A DNA stretch of 62,310 nt, filler included, from Globobulimina sp. (GCA_003354225.1; 31 parts of 31 records of this genome joined end to end with filler, not necessarily neighbours in it), one strand, 5' to 3'; positions 38,395 to 51,981 are shown, numbered from the whole stretch's first letter. Numbers and translations: made by a program. The notes: generated by a model not told the origin, from the sequence alone.

Positions 38395-40178
38395 CTACAA
38401 TGCTTTTCTTTGAACATTACTAATTAACGAACGCGCAGCTCCTAAATTTTTCAACTCATTCACAGAATGCTTAATAAACTTATTAATAGTTTTCTTTTTT
38501 CCATTCGAGCCATACTCCGAATATTCTTTATACATTTTGACAAAAGCACTATAACACGCATCCGCTTTTAGATACTTATGATGACACAAATTCGCAAGCA
38601 ACTCTGCCACATACTTTGTGAAGTTCGGACACTCCATAGACGACTCATCGAGTACCATCACCAGATACTTCACGACCTTATCCACAAAACTTGCGCCTTT
38701 GTTATGCAACACATTCTGCTCAAACATAACAAGAATAAACTCTATAAAATCAGCTATCTGCGCGCTTTTGCGATCGCGTAAGCCGTCATTAATGACACTG
38801 GCCCACACCTTCAAATCCGAGCAATTGAAATCTAAAATATCCGAAAGCTCGCCAGAGACCATATATTCATCGATAAATCCAGACAGCCGGCGGATTAAAC
38901 CACTGTCCCCATACGATTGGCCTTGGCCACCTTTCACATTCCCACCGTTCCGCTCGACCGAGTCCGCCATAGATTTCTTACTCACGCCGCTGTTGCCGCT
39001 GCTGCTCTTCTTTTGGTACATTCCGTACGATTTGCCAGGCTGTGCCACCTTCACTTTCTCCATCACATACTTCTGTTTATACCGCCCGTTGCCGTTGGAC
39101 TTGTTGCTTTTGCGGCTATCGATGGCGCTGTCATCGTTACCCCACGAGTTCGTGTCGTTATACCGGCTCTTTTTGAAATCACTGCGCAAATTGATACTGC
39201 TCCGACTGCGCTCATCGCGACGACGGCCACCGCGGCCTCCGCCGCCACGACCGCCACGGCCGCCGTATCGGTCACCTTTGACTTTGCGCAAATTGCTGGC
39301 ACTGTGGCCGTACGAACCGCGACCATTGTAATCCTCCTCATAGCCATAGCCATAGTCCTCCTCATAATAATCGTCTCGTTTCCGAGGCCGCCGATCAGCG
39401 TACCCTCGGTTATGGTGCTTGGTATTTTTCGCCATTTGCTCCTTTTCAAAATCTTCCTTGATCTCGTCCTTGGTTTTGGCCACTTCCTTTTTCAAGCGAT
39501 GCTCCCATCCATTACTCCGCATTTCCTTTATCTGCTCCACCAAGATCTTAGTGCGGAAGTCGAATTTCCTGGAATGCCGCAGCAATCTCTGCAGATATTT
39601 GTCCACATATTTCTTGGCCTCGACGTCCAATTTGGCGCCGCAACGCTTAAACAGACGGCACAATCCCTCCAAATCCACCGCAGACGGCTTCTTTAATAAG
39701 ATTTCGAAGACGCCTTTAAAGACTAAATTGCGTTTAATCAGCTCCACGTTGTACAATTCCGCCACGAGCACCATGACCGCGAAGAAGTTATCTTTTTTCT
39801 TTTTTTTACGCAAATCGATCTGTTCTTGACTCAATATTAATGCTTTGCCTTCGTCGTCATGGCTATCAACAGCTGTGTAGTTTGAGTGTTTCATGAATAA
39901 GTCGTTGGTTTGTTGGATCACCATTTTACGAAAGGTTTGCGACACATCTTTGTCCTCCACGACCCACGAATACTCACAGATCATTCCTTACATTTTATAC
40001 ATCAAAACATAACACAATGGGCAATGCAAAAGGTGTACACACAAACATACCTAATTTGGGTAAATGAGCATGCAAATGGCTGCATAATAACGCATATTGT
40101 CCGCCAAATACAGGCTGTTTGATGCCAAACTGCAGCAACAATCCGATGATAATCTTCATTTGTTCGAGTGTTTCAGAG
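38395..40178 (-). CDS. eIF4G-like protein (MIF4G, RGG linker, MA3-like), 5'-truncated; intron about 40049-39987
   Basis: AELYNVELI, LEGLCRLFKRCGAKLD, FRTKILVEQIKEMRSNGW. Confidence 0.82.
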
Positions 40179-40797
40179 NNNNNNNNNNNNNNNNNNNNNN
40201 NNNNNNNNNNNNNNNNNNNNNNTTAATTAATTAANNNNNNNNNNNNNNNNNNNNNNNNNNNNNNNNNNNNNNNNNNNNAATCGAAGGGGTATGTAATGCT
40301 TGCAGTGGTATCCCATCAGATGTGGTGTTAAACACAGAATATAATACACAGTTACGTTTTTTCATTTCTTTTAAATAAATCTGATATTTTTGAGATTTAT
40401 AAAATACAGTATTACAATGATGGATACAGTTGGTAATGAATTGCATTTTCGACCGCATTGGACTATGATGGAAGAGATTAGCGGAATTAGTGTTGATGAA
40501 TTATGCCAAGAGTATTCGGAAAGAATTTTTTTTTTTTTTTTGGGAAATAGAGCAATGTTTTACGCTCCAATTTAAATTTAAATACATCACACGATTTTAA
40601 TCCAATATTTGTGTAACATTTGTATATATCAGAAACATAAGAAAGCGTTTTTGATATATCACAAACCATAAAACAAAAAGTAAATAACATAAAGTGATAC
40701 AAACAAAATATTACATCAAAATAGGATATAATAAAACAAAAAATAATTAAAAACTAAAAACATACAAAAAATAAAACCAATGTACTAAATAAATAAA

Positions 40798-41003
40798 TTA
40801 TTGAATTATAAAGTGATTTTTCAATGACTTTATCATATTTTTCTTCATAAAAATTGAAAATTTTGCATAAAAATTATTTTTTCCAATCATAATATCTTGT
40901 TTTAATCGGCCAGCTTTGTATCTTAATGCTGCATTGCACGTCTTCTTAACTCTTGAACTAATGCCTCCAAAACTGTCAAACGCCAACGGTATAAATTTGT
41001 ATC
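40798..41003 (-). mobile_element. Remnant 3' end of a non-LTR retrotransposon ORF (restriction-like endonuclease tail, CRE-like)
   Basis: YKFIPLAFDSFGGIS...FYAKFSIFMKKN resembles the FxPxAxEtxGG...SxxxQRxN C-terminus; no upstream ORF. Confidence 0.5.
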
Positions 41004-41269
41004 ATAAAATGTTTGGAATACAATTTGCATTGATTTTTTTCGATAATTTGCATTGATTTGCATTGAAAATCTAGAAATCCAATATTATATTATGTAATAA
41101 AAAATAATCTAGAATTAAATCTGCCTGTGTAATAAAAATAAAGCGACTTGGAAGTTTTAGCTAAAAACACTTTTCATTTCCCTCAAACTCTCCTTACATC
41201 CCACCACCTTTCTCAAAACCATACTGATTTAATTTAAATACTAATTTAGGTTAATAAAATAATTAAATT

Positions 41270-41755
41270 ATGGCTGCAGATCCTGCATATCGTCCATCTG
41301 AATTTAAAATCCCGGTAATTATAATTTATATTTTGTTGGCACTCAAATCTACTTTTATTTCCGTTTAATAAAAATAATAAATTTAATATCAGAAAAAACC
41401 AAAAGATGACAATGCTCCAAAAAGAGGAATGACGGCATTTTTGTTATTTGCAGCGGACATTCGACAAGAAACCAGGGAAAATAATCCGGAAGCAAAAATT
41501 GGTGAAATATCAAAAATTATGGGAGCTCAATGGCAGAAATTGAGTGCGGCAAAAAAAAAGAAATATACTGACAAAGCCAATAAAGAAATGGCAGTCTATA
41601 AGAAAAAAATGGAAAAACATAAAGAAAGCCATCAATATAAGAAACATAAAAAAGATTTAGCGGAATGGAATGATGAATGGAAAGAAGAAGCAGCACAACA
41701 AAAAGTTGATAAAGAAAATGCAAAAAAAAAGCAGAAAAAAAATAAGAAAAAATAA
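41270..41755 (+). CDS. HMG-box protein; intron 41315-41392
   Basis: KPKDDNAPKRGMTAFLLF...ISKIMGAQWQKLS. Confidence 0.92.
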
Positions 41756-42053
41756 CTTCTGTTCATTAGAAATAAGCAATGCTAAGACATTTTGCTTATG
41801 GTTTTGTTTTTAATTCTATTTATTTAATAACTGCACATTATTTTCAATCAACTGCACACATTTTATACCAATGCACAAACTTGAAAGAAAGAAAGAATGT
41901 GTATATTTGCAGTGCGTCTGCACAAATCCACAATATTTGCAGTGAAAGAAGCTGTTGCTTTACGTTTACAGAATTATTTGTGATGTTAAAGTTTTCAGTT
42001 TTCAAAGTGTTTTAAGTTTCAACCATTGTGTCGTTACTGTTAACTGTGCCAAG

Positions 42054-42132
42054 ATGCCGTTGAAACTGGACGTAGAGAAGATATTACATGGAAAGAGTGA
42101 GAGAGTGAAATGTGTTGACATCCATCCAAAAG
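42054..42132 (+). CDS. COPB2: Coatomer beta' subunit, exon 1
   Basis: MPLKLDVEKILHGKSERVKCVDIHP followed by a GT donor. Confidence 0.85.
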
Positions 42133-42290
42133 GTATTGTGATGTGAATTTATTGGAAATTGTTGGATCAATTTGTCAAACAAAACAAAACNNNNNNNNNN
42201 NNNNNNNNNNNNNNNNNNNNNNNNNNNNNNNNNNTTAATTAATTAANNNNNNNNNNNNNNNNNNNNNNNNNNNNNNNNNNNNNNNNNNNN

Positions 42291-42507
42291 CTGATTCATT
42301 GGCTGCCTCTTGTTCTGTGTTATCAGTATCGCTGTCTTTCCCGTCATCGGTAACATTGCAAATGTTGGATTGGATTACGTTGTTAGTTTGTTGTAAATCT
42401 GGTGATGAGTCAGTATGCTTGTTATCATCACCATCACTGTCACTGTCACTATCACTATCACTGCCATCGGTTGCATTGTATGTCTCAACAACTCCCTCTT
42501 TGGACAT
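42291..42507 (-). CDS. Acidic N-terminus of an unknown protein, truncated
   Basis: Open to the contig edge; divergent from the ankyrin gene. Confidence 0.45.
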
Positions 42508-42578
42508 TGTGAGACTGAGTGAAGTGAGTTGGATTTGGAAGCTTAAAAACAGCTTAAATCACTCATCAAACTCAAATA

Positions 42579-44018
42579 ATGTCAAACGATGAGTTTGCTG
42601 AATTTGAACGACGCGAAGATAGAAAATGGTCCAATTTACAACGTATCCAACAGCGGATGGCATCACGCCAACAACAACGTAAACCACCGCGACAAACAGA
42701 ATTCAAAAAGAAGAAAAAATTGAAAAACATTGAAAATCCTGAATGGCAGAAAAAATTTGAAGAGGATCGCGCTGCAAAAGAAAAAGCCATCGCTGACAAA
42801 TATAAACAAGACATGAAACGTAAAAAAAAACTAGCAAAGGAAAAAAAAACCAAAGAAGACAAAATACTGAAAAAGAAATGGAAGCGAGACGCGAAAATTA
42901 ATAAATCAGGCTTAAAAGAGAAACCTCCGGACATTCGCCAATGGAATAAAAATTTCGCAAAGCAACAAACGGAGACTCAGATGAAGATCAATGAACAGTA
43001 TGAGTTGAAAAAGCAGCAGGATTCCGAAGACAGAGTCGTGTTTAAGAAAAAAGCTGCAGCCATCGAGAAAAGGTACGATGATAAAAAGCCCAAAGTGAAG
43101 AAACGCGATCCCAATAAAAGAGCCATTGTAATCGACGCGGAACACAATGCATTCACAGCAGTGGAACATAACGATTTTGATCTATTGGACCGAATCTATA
43201 CATTCTATCCAAATGACATAAAACGTAAAGACAAACAGGGAAACACTATCTTGCATCACGCCATCAAACACTATGACAAAACGCAGAATAACACTGCAGA
43301 GATAATCGAATATTTGGTGCCGAAATTGCCGCACAGCTTCATGAACGCTGTCAACTTTTTGGGTAATCCTCCGATGATGTTGGCGGTGTACGAGCGCAAG
43401 TTTGAATGTATGAGGTTTGTTCGCGACATATTTGTCATTTGCTGTAGCAAATAATGAGAATATATGCATGAATGCAGTGCTCTTTATAGCAGCGGGACAA
43501 AACGTAGACCGAATTTGGACCATTTGAATATAAATGGACGCACAGCATTGATGCGCGCAGCGATGAGGAATGATGACGAATTGTTGGCGTTTTTGTTAAG
43601 TAAATGCCATCCTGGGCCCAGTTTGGATTTGGTGTCGGAAAAGCATGGCAAGAGTGCGTTGACCTATGCTGTGGAGCATAATCAAGTAAAAGCGGTCAAG
43701 ATTTTGGTGGAGCATGGCGCCAATTATTATATTGCAAATAAACTTGGAAAGACTGCGTATGGAATGGCAAAGAAGAAATGTCTGCGGATCATTATTAAAC
43801 AGGATCGAGTGAATGTGGTGAAAGGATTGGTGCAAAGTGGCTTGATTCGAAGTTTTAATGTTCCGGATTATATAATGGCGATTATATCGGAATATTGCAG
43901 TGCTATTCCACAGTGGGTATTGGATGAAGAGAGAAAGGAAAAAGAAGAGATAGAAGCAAAGAAAAAGAAAAAGAAAAAGAAAAAAAAGAAAAAAGGTGGA
44001 AGGACAGGGAGAGGATGA
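42579..44018 (+). CDS. Coiled-coil plus ankyrin-repeat protein; intron about 43414-43478
   Basis: GNTILHHA, GNPPMMLA, GRTALMRA, GKSALTYA. Confidence 0.88.
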
Positions 44019-44302
44019 TTTACATTTCTTTTTCATTGTGAATTGTGTGGATTGTACCATTGATATGTTATTTATCACTATTTTTTGAGTTGATATCCTT
44101 AAATGATATATTCCAAAAGATAACCTACGGTTTGCTACAGATTTGTCTTGGGTTTGCAAATCCAGAACAAATTTATAATTGAATTTTCGGTATACAAAGG
44201 GGNNNNNNNNNNNNNNNNNNNNNNNNNNNNNNNNNNNNNNNNNNNNTTAATTAATTAANNNNNNNNNNNNNNNNNNNNNNNNNNNNNNNNNNNNNNNNNN
44301 NN

Positions 44303-45900
44303 GACAAACAATTGCCAACATCACGTCTCAAATATCCAGGCAATGAATTCATAACATCCATGTCATCGAATACAAAGTTTCTCTGCCAATGGTATTTAGC
44401 ATGCGACATCAATGCATGCGCAACGGGGGCTGGTAGCTTCTTTGCAGCCTAATATACGCATATAATTTATATAAATATGTATGTTTTGAAAGTAATATAT
44501 AATATGAAACAAAAAGAGTCATACACAAAATGCTTGGGCTTCTTCAACTTTCTGAATTTGGGCACATTTGACTCGATCTCCTTCAGCCACCAATGACCCA
44601 ACAGCACCAATAAAATATGCAAAAAAGCAGGTCCCCACAAGTATGCATGCACTGCAAGTTAGTTTCTCATTTAATGATTTTGGAGTAATGTCGCCATAGC
44701 CAGTGGTATACAATGTGACCACAGCAAAATAAAATGAAGTTAAGTATTTTTCACCATTTGAGCTGTCTAGAATGGAGGAGTCAGGATCTGTGCCATCTGG
44801 ATATAACCAGGATTGGCCTGGTCCTTCATTAATAAATGATCGTTTCCCAACATAATACCATATACAGGCTGCAAAATGCGCAGAGAGTGTCATTAAAGAT
44901 AACAATTTGAGTAATTTTGCGAGTATGATAATGGAACGCGTCATAAATGATGCAATTATTGAATTAAATGTTTTCAACATTCTAAAGAAACGTAACAATT
45001 TTAATAAACGTATCATTCGAAAAATACGTAATATTTTAATTAATGATGGAAAGTTTCCAGCTGAATTCTGTGGAATTATAAATTCAAAAGGTATTGATGT
45101 TAGAAAGTCCAAAATAAACCATGTTGTCAAATATTTCCAAGCAATTCGTGGTGGGTCGTATATTAACATCTGAACACATTTTAGTTAAAAAAACAAAAAT
45201 TTAAATCAAATGACGTAAACAAAAACAGATTAATATCGTTTTTATGATCAAAAACGTAGTAAAATCATTGAAAATTGTATACAAATTGCAATGTACGTAC
45301 CTGATGATCAAATGCATCGAAAAATGCAGTGCGAAAATTTAATATAACATCAAATAGTAATAAACAATCGATACATAAAGCAATAACACCGAAAGTGTCA
45401 TGTAATGTTAAATCAATGCCAAAAGCGAGTGAATATGGGATTTCTACGCAAGTATATATTAATATTATCATAATTACACAATCCCACGACACGCGTAAGT
45501 TGCCATGCGGGTGCAATATCGGCAATGAATAACAACATTTATCATGGCATTGTTTACATTTGTTTGCTTTCTTTAATTTCTCATCGTCAATAATTATGTC
45601 CCTCGATTTAGAGTGTTTTAAATTTATTAAATTTTTATTTTTTCTTTGTGTAATATCCAAATGATTGAACTCATCAATATCAATATCAAATGGATCTTCA
45701 TTTGATGTGTTATTTTCATCATTGTCTGTTGATGACGTTTCTTGTAATTGATAACTGTTACTTTTTGGACTTTGTGCTTGTGCTTTGATCGTACTTTTAA
45801 ATGCTTTCATATTGTGTATAACTTGAGGTACATGATCTGTTGTGTCTAGTTTTATTGTCGATGCATGCATCGAATCATCGTATATCGATATGCTTTGCAT
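44303..45900 (-). CDS. Cyclic-nucleotide-binding-domain-type (EAG/HCN-like) cation channel, 3'-truncated; introns about 45300-45171 and 44524-44449
   Basis: S4 LRIFRMIRLLKLLR; pore YFAVVTLYTTGYGDI. Confidence 0.92.
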
Positions 45901-46952
45901 TTTGATTTGTATGACAGTTTGGTTGTAACGAGGATAATGTATAAATAAGAAATTCGAGATTCAATCAACTTCAAGTTTTCATGTCGCAGTGTCACTATAA
46001 ACCATGGCCACCATACCAACACTGATTTATCTGCTATTATTATTATTTATGTCACCCAGTATTACACAGTCCAATCTATACCCAAATTGTGCCACTAATG
46101 ACACTCAATCCAACCCCCAAACATGTCATATTGAATTATCCGAATGCATGGATGCTTCATGCACTGATTTAACAGCTAATTCACAAATTTATTGTCCTAA
46201 TAACTCATAATGTANNNNNNNNNNNNNNNNNNNNNNNNNNNNNNNNNNNNNNNNNNNNTTAATTAATTAANNNNNNNNNNNNNNNNNNNNNNNNNNNNNN
46301 NNNNNNNNNNNNNNATTAATTAACTTGTGATTTGCGATGACCGTTGATTATGAATTGCAGCTGCAATTCTATCACACCCAAAGCCAAATAATGATTTCCA
46401 GGGGTTTCTGAGCGTTACCGCTCCCATAGGTTTCTTGGATATATTTTGGATAATGTTCAACAAGAATTACATTCGCAAGGTAGGCAACAATCAGTCAATA
46501 CGTTGAATAATTTCACGACATATCTAAAGTTCAAGAAAGGGAAGCTTCGACAAAACAAATCCATGGTTGAACAGAAAGAAGATATGAATTGCAACGGGGA
46601 GATGGCAACAGTTTGTAGTAGTGATGCAAAGGAGGATGATAATGGAGCACAACAATCTGAATCAATTGGAATTGAGTTGGAAGAAATATTGGATGATGTA
46701 TTTGAAGGATATAAATGAGACATGTCATACTGTATAGCATACATATAACATATTACTACATACTTCAGACTCCTCCACCATCGATCATACATTGCAAACC
46801 AGTGAAACCACCCACCACTGCAGCTGCGCAATGAGCATGTACACGATTATGAAATTAAATTATGAATTAAGGTATTTTTATATCCAATTTAACTAATTAA
46901 CTAATTAAAGAATCCAATCCTGATACAATTCATACAAACATCGTTATTATTT

Positions 46953-48226
46953 ATGCAGATTTTTTTTTTCACTCAAACACAAAAATACGTGTTCGCAATA
47001 TTTATTTTTTATGTATTTTACAAATTCTCGAGAAGCTTGATAAAACATGGTCTTTCTGCAACATTCCAATCATTTGCTATCGCATTCCTCAAGAAAGTAC
47101 CAGGTGGCCGTAAAGTGATTGATTACGAATTAGAGAAAACAAAGAAAAAGTTAACGAAACATTTAGCTGCTCCAACATCAAAACACAAAGTGTATTATGC
47201 TTTGCCTGAGGAAGGAGTTGACCGCAAATTACTTCGTCAAGAATTATTATATCAATTATCTCAGGAAAAGTCAGTCAGAAATAAACGCGGCCACGGTGGT
47301 ATTTACGTGTCCGTAAATGCGAAATATGATAAATATGTAACCAGCAAAGAGCTAGAAATCACAAAAGTAATTGAGAAATATTTCACAATCAAAGAGGAAG
47401 CATATTTGTATTTTAGTCACTCAAATACCTTATATCCATTTTTGTTTCCTGGCACAAGAAAATTCGATCTTGAGTTAATTTCAATGACTGCAAAATTGTT
47501 ACATGCTGCAGAACCAGCGGGTGTTCTATGCAGTGGTGGCACAGAGAGCATATTTTTGGCAATGAAATGTTGGAGAAGTTATGGGGAGAAAGTTGGAGGA
47601 ATTGGTGGATTGAATAGCGGCGTTGTACCCAATGTGATATTGCCGCGAACTGCTCACCCGGCATTTTGTAAAGCTTGTGATTATTTACGTATTGAAGTGA
47701 GATTTATTGAAACGAATACATGTTCAGAACGGTATGGCACTGTGAATTTAGATAAATTAGAACGAGCAATTGATGGCAATACAATATGCATTGTTGGCAG
47801 TGCTCCATGTTTCCCCTATTCTGTGGTCGATGACATCGCGGGGATCTGTCAAATTGCAAGTTAGTTAACGTTACATTTTATTTGTTTAATTAAAAACATT
47901 ATTAATTATATATTTTACACAGAGAGACACGGAAATGTTCCAGTTCATGTCGATAATTGTTTAGGTGGATTTTTGTTATCTTTTTTGTATGATTGTGATG
48001 TGATAACCGAAGCGTTTGATTTTGTGGTGGATGGTGTATGTTCCATATCAATTGATATGCACAAGCAAGCAGGCTCAGACAAGGGATGCTCTGCGGTTAT
48101 TTATAACAAATTTGAATACAGACGTCATCAGTATTATTCTTGTGTGGATTGGCCCGGCGGGATGTATGCTTGCGAAGCATTCCAAGGATCATCAAATGGC
48201 GGATTAAAAGCTGTTGCTTGGGCAAT
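46953..48226 (+). CDS. SGPL1: Sphingosine-1-phosphate lyase, 3'-truncated (start uncertain); intron 47860-47922
   Basis: SGGTESI, AHPAFCKA, HVDNCLGGF, SIDMHK, DWPGGMY. Confidence 0.9.
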
Positions 48227-48518
48227 NNNNNNNNNNNNNNNNNNNNNNNNNNNNNNNNNNNNNNNNNNNNTTAATTAATTAANNNNNNNNNNNNNNNNNN
48301 NNNNNNNNNNNNNNNNNNNNNNNNNNCACAATATTACAATGGAAAAAGTTTGAGACGATCTGAATTTTACATGTTTGATAAGATCATAAAAAGATTGACA
48401 AGATTGAAAGGTTTGATAGCCAGATCTTTTCAAACCTGACTGCAGATCAAAAAAGGTATACAATTTATAAAATATTGGTATACAAATTATAAAAAATATA
48501 ATATTTTTTCAGAACGAA

Positions 48519-49980
48519 ATGGAAGAAATAGCACCAAAATATAACCATGATATTGTTGATGAATTAGTACATTTAAATGTTGGTTCTCAGAATGAGTGTA
48601 TTGTCGCCTCGGAGTTAGTTATAAATCCAAATGATATTAATTCTGTTGCTGACAAAGTATCTGAATTAAAAAATGTATGTTTTATATTTTTGAGAATCAA
48701 CGGATTTGTTATAATTCTTGTGATATTAATCGTACATTTTATAAACATAAACAGAAAGAAATGGATAATAATATTAATAATATGAATGATGGGAAAGCGG
48801 CTGAAATCTTCTCTTTTGAGCAGCAAATAATTCAGTTATTGAATATCATCAAAAACCATTTTAATTTTATGTCCAAACAAGAAAAGGCTGTCAATGCAAT
48901 GATCACTAAATCCGGAGACCAAAATATTAATAAATTACAAAATGCAAAAACCAAAGCTTTAGAAACAGAGAAGAAATTATTACAATCCGTTATGGCAATA
49001 ACTAAAATGACTGATTTTTTAACAAACATTATTTTAATCGAAAACTTATTTAATTCCCAATATAATAAACAAGAGAAATTAAGACAAGAACAAGCGAGAA
49101 ATAAATATGCGAAAAATATATCAATTTATGAACGAAAATCAAAGCCAATTTCTAACACATTGTCATTTATCGATTTATTATTTCAAGCATACACAGATTT
49201 GTCTGCATTCAAAGAGTGGTTAAAAATATTACAAAATGAGTGCGCTAAAAAAAATATTAAAATTTTAACAAAACCCGAAGCAAAACAGAAAAATATCGAA
49301 CGAGCATTTTATAAAACTTTTTATGTTTATGCCGTTGAGTTTGGTGACAAAGGATTTCAACGATTGACAGATATATTGCGTTGTTCATTGCTCTTTGATA
49401 ATTTTAATGATTTATATCAATGTTTTACAATTATTGAGGAATTAAGCAAAGCAAATGGTGGCATTTTAAGATGTAAAGATAGATTCAATGCAAACCACAT
49501 TCCTTTTGGATACAGAGATTTATTGTTAAATATTTATTGCCCGCAATCACAAGGGACAGTTGTATGCGAAGTACAATTACATCATCGGTTATTTTATCAG
49601 CATAAAGTTATAAGTCATACAATGTATAAAAAAGGTACTCTATTTTGTTTATCTTTTATTTTATTAATAATCTAATATGTACAGCGAGATTGTTTGAGGA
49701 TAAAAATGGTAATAATTTAGCCTATCAATATGCGGATAAATATATCCGAGATACTGTCGGTGATAAACAATATGAATATGGCGATGAGAAAGAAAATGTG
49801 TTAGATCCTGTACAGTTACTTAGAGATTGGAATTTAAGCAAATATGAAGGTGTTTTAATTGATGATGAAGGATATGATGATCCATTAATTTGGAAAGAGA
49901 TTTCTTTACAAGAACTTAAACAAATCGGTTTTAAAACAGGACATGCCAAAAAATTTGTTATTTTCTCAGCAAAATTGTAA
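48519..49980 (+). CDS. RelA/SpoT-like nucleotidyltransferase domain fused to a C-terminal SAM domain; introns 48675-48754 and 49635-49684
   Basis: K..ERAFYK, LTDILRC, RCKDRF, GYRDLLLN, CEVQLH; then LRDWNLSKY..L.DEGYDD..ELKQIGFKTGHAKKF. Confidence 0.78.
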
Positions 49981-50338
49981 ATTACCTGATAAAGTAAAAA
50001 TTGTGTATTATTTTTTTTCTGTACGTGTTATGTTCAATATGTTGTTTATATAAATATTACGTTTTCCTTTTTTGCTGTTTTTTGACGAACTAAATCGTGA
50101 TTTTTTGTTGTATACCGAGTATGAAGAAGGAGCTGTAGTCAATTTAACCCGTTTCATGTACAATGGCACTTCAACAAAAAATATCAGATGCAAATGTATC
50201 ATTGTATAATATTGATTTAATATTAGATGACAAAGCCANNNNNNNNNNNNNNNNNNNNNNNNNNNNNNNNNNNNNNNNNNNNTTAATTAATTAANNNNNN
50301 NNNNNNNNNNNNNNNNNNNNNNNNNNNNNNNNNNNNNN

Positions 50339-51524
50339 AACAATTCCATGCAATGATAACTCAGATCGATTCAAATCATTCTTTAACAAATCAACAGATA
50401 TTACTCAGATCGACACACCTCAACAACCCAAAGACAGTGAAATAAAGGTAGTTGATCGTAGTGTAATGTTAAAGGAGTTGAAAGCATGCCCTTTTATGCT
50501 ATATGCATCAACGGAAAAATGGTCATTATTTCATTCTGCAATTTTTAAATGCAGAGACATTCCGAGGACAACACTTATTAATGCTGTTATATTGATTGCA
50601 GAGAACATTGACAATAAACATATTAAATTGAGCAACAAACAATTTTTCATAAAATGGTCATTTTTTTTATTATGTTGCATGTTATATTTATTTGAAACGT
50701 ATTTCTTTTTAGGCCACAGCAACGAAGAAAACCTATTATTTTATCAAATGTATATGGGACATTTAATGATAACATCAAGAGAGTATATTTTGAAAATACT
50801 GAATAAGTCACAAACAAAGTTAACAGCGGATTTGGGCGAGTTTCATCGATATTTTTTGAAAAGTGCAGAAAATGTACAAGTGGATAAGTCTCGGTTCGTC
50901 TCCCATATGTTGTCCTATTTCGATGATTTAAAATGTAATTTTGAAGAGTTTGGCAAAAGGTATTTGGGAAATGCAGTGCAGGAAACAAAGCTAGTCACAA
51001 TTTTTGGCGATAGCGAGTATTATTTCATAATTGGGAAAATAGCATATGACTTAAAATCGACTCTGATAACGAAAGAAGAACAACATTTAGCAATTAGATA
51101 TTTGGTGTTTGCCATTGCTTATTCTGATAAATTATATGTAATAATTTCGTCGCTAAGATACTTAAGCAAATTATGTTATTATTTGAATCAATATGCAATG
51201 GCGTTAAAATTATTAAAGTATGCGTTTAAAATATGTTGTATTGATGCGGATATTGTTGTTTTTCCATCATTTGTTAACTGTCATTATAAGAAACGGAAAA
51301 AATCAATCAAGAAAAAATTGAAATGACTGATTTGTTCATTTTGCAAACAACAAAAGTGTTATAAACTGAAAGCATGCTCTGGTTGTTGTGAAAGAATGTA
51401 TTGCAGTAAAAGCTGCCAAAAGAAGGATTGGGATAAATCACATCGAGTGCATTGCTGGCAATGGTGGCCAAAACCTTATAATATATTGAAGGAGTATGTA
51501 TTTGATAAACTACTCCAACTTTAA
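50339..51524 (+). pseudogene. MYND zinc-finger protein with an in-frame TGA at 51324 just before the finger
   Basis: After the TGA the same frame reads CSFC..CSGC..YCSKSCQKKDW..H..HC to TAA at 51522. Confidence 0.75.
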
Positions 51525-51768
51525 TAAACTATATTCCTTCTTAAAGAACTTTAAAAATTTAAACTTGGTAATAATATTTCCATATTTGTGTTTTTACAAT
51601 TTTTCAATGCAGGCAATTCATATTTATTTTATGACCACCTAAACATTTGGATGCACAACGGCTAGGTTTCAGAGTTTTATAATACCAGCTTCAGTTGTCA
51701 ATTATAATAATGACAGATGACGTGACAAGAAACCGGCAATATGTTTTGCCAGCAATGTTTTCGTTGAC

Positions 51769-51981
51769 GGTAACAATGAAGATCTAGAATTTCATCAACT
51801 GCGCGTAGGACATTTAATGCTCACAGCAAAAGAGTATATTTTGAATATGTTAAATAAATCACAAACGGAATTAACAAAACATTTATCTGTGATCCATGAT
51901 TGTATGAAAAATCCTAAAGTTAGCCAGTTACTTTTCGTGTCACATATGAATAAATCAATTCAGCTAAATTATAAACTTTAG
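51769..51981 (+). pseudogene. Decayed tandem paralog fragment of the MYND gene
   Basis: GHLMLTAKEYILNMLNKSQTELT..FVSHM versus GHLMITSREYILKILNKSQTKLT..FVSHM. Confidence 0.8.

Noticed and set aside
38578-39829. Long antisense ORFs over eIF4G (and similar ones over the kinesin and ankyrin genes)
   Set aside because: Shadow ORFs from GC-richer codon usage; no motifs
40279-40575. RPA-like OB-fold/zinc-ribbon fragment
   Set aside because: The resemblance (CNAC..YSITMMDTVG..ISGISVDEL) is too short and weak to call
22159-49980. Caspase, ART and RelA/SpoT-like genes as a defence island
   Set aside because: They lie on separate contigs, so their co-occurrence here is a concatenation artefact
51324-51326. 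Selenocysteine codon
   Set aside because: The position is not a zinc-ligand Cys site and I saw no convincing SECIS element
12837-51524. Alternative genetic code (TAA or TGA reassigned)
   Set aside because: Only two isolated in-frame stops; conserved genes have long stop-free frames and end properly at TAA, TAG or TGA
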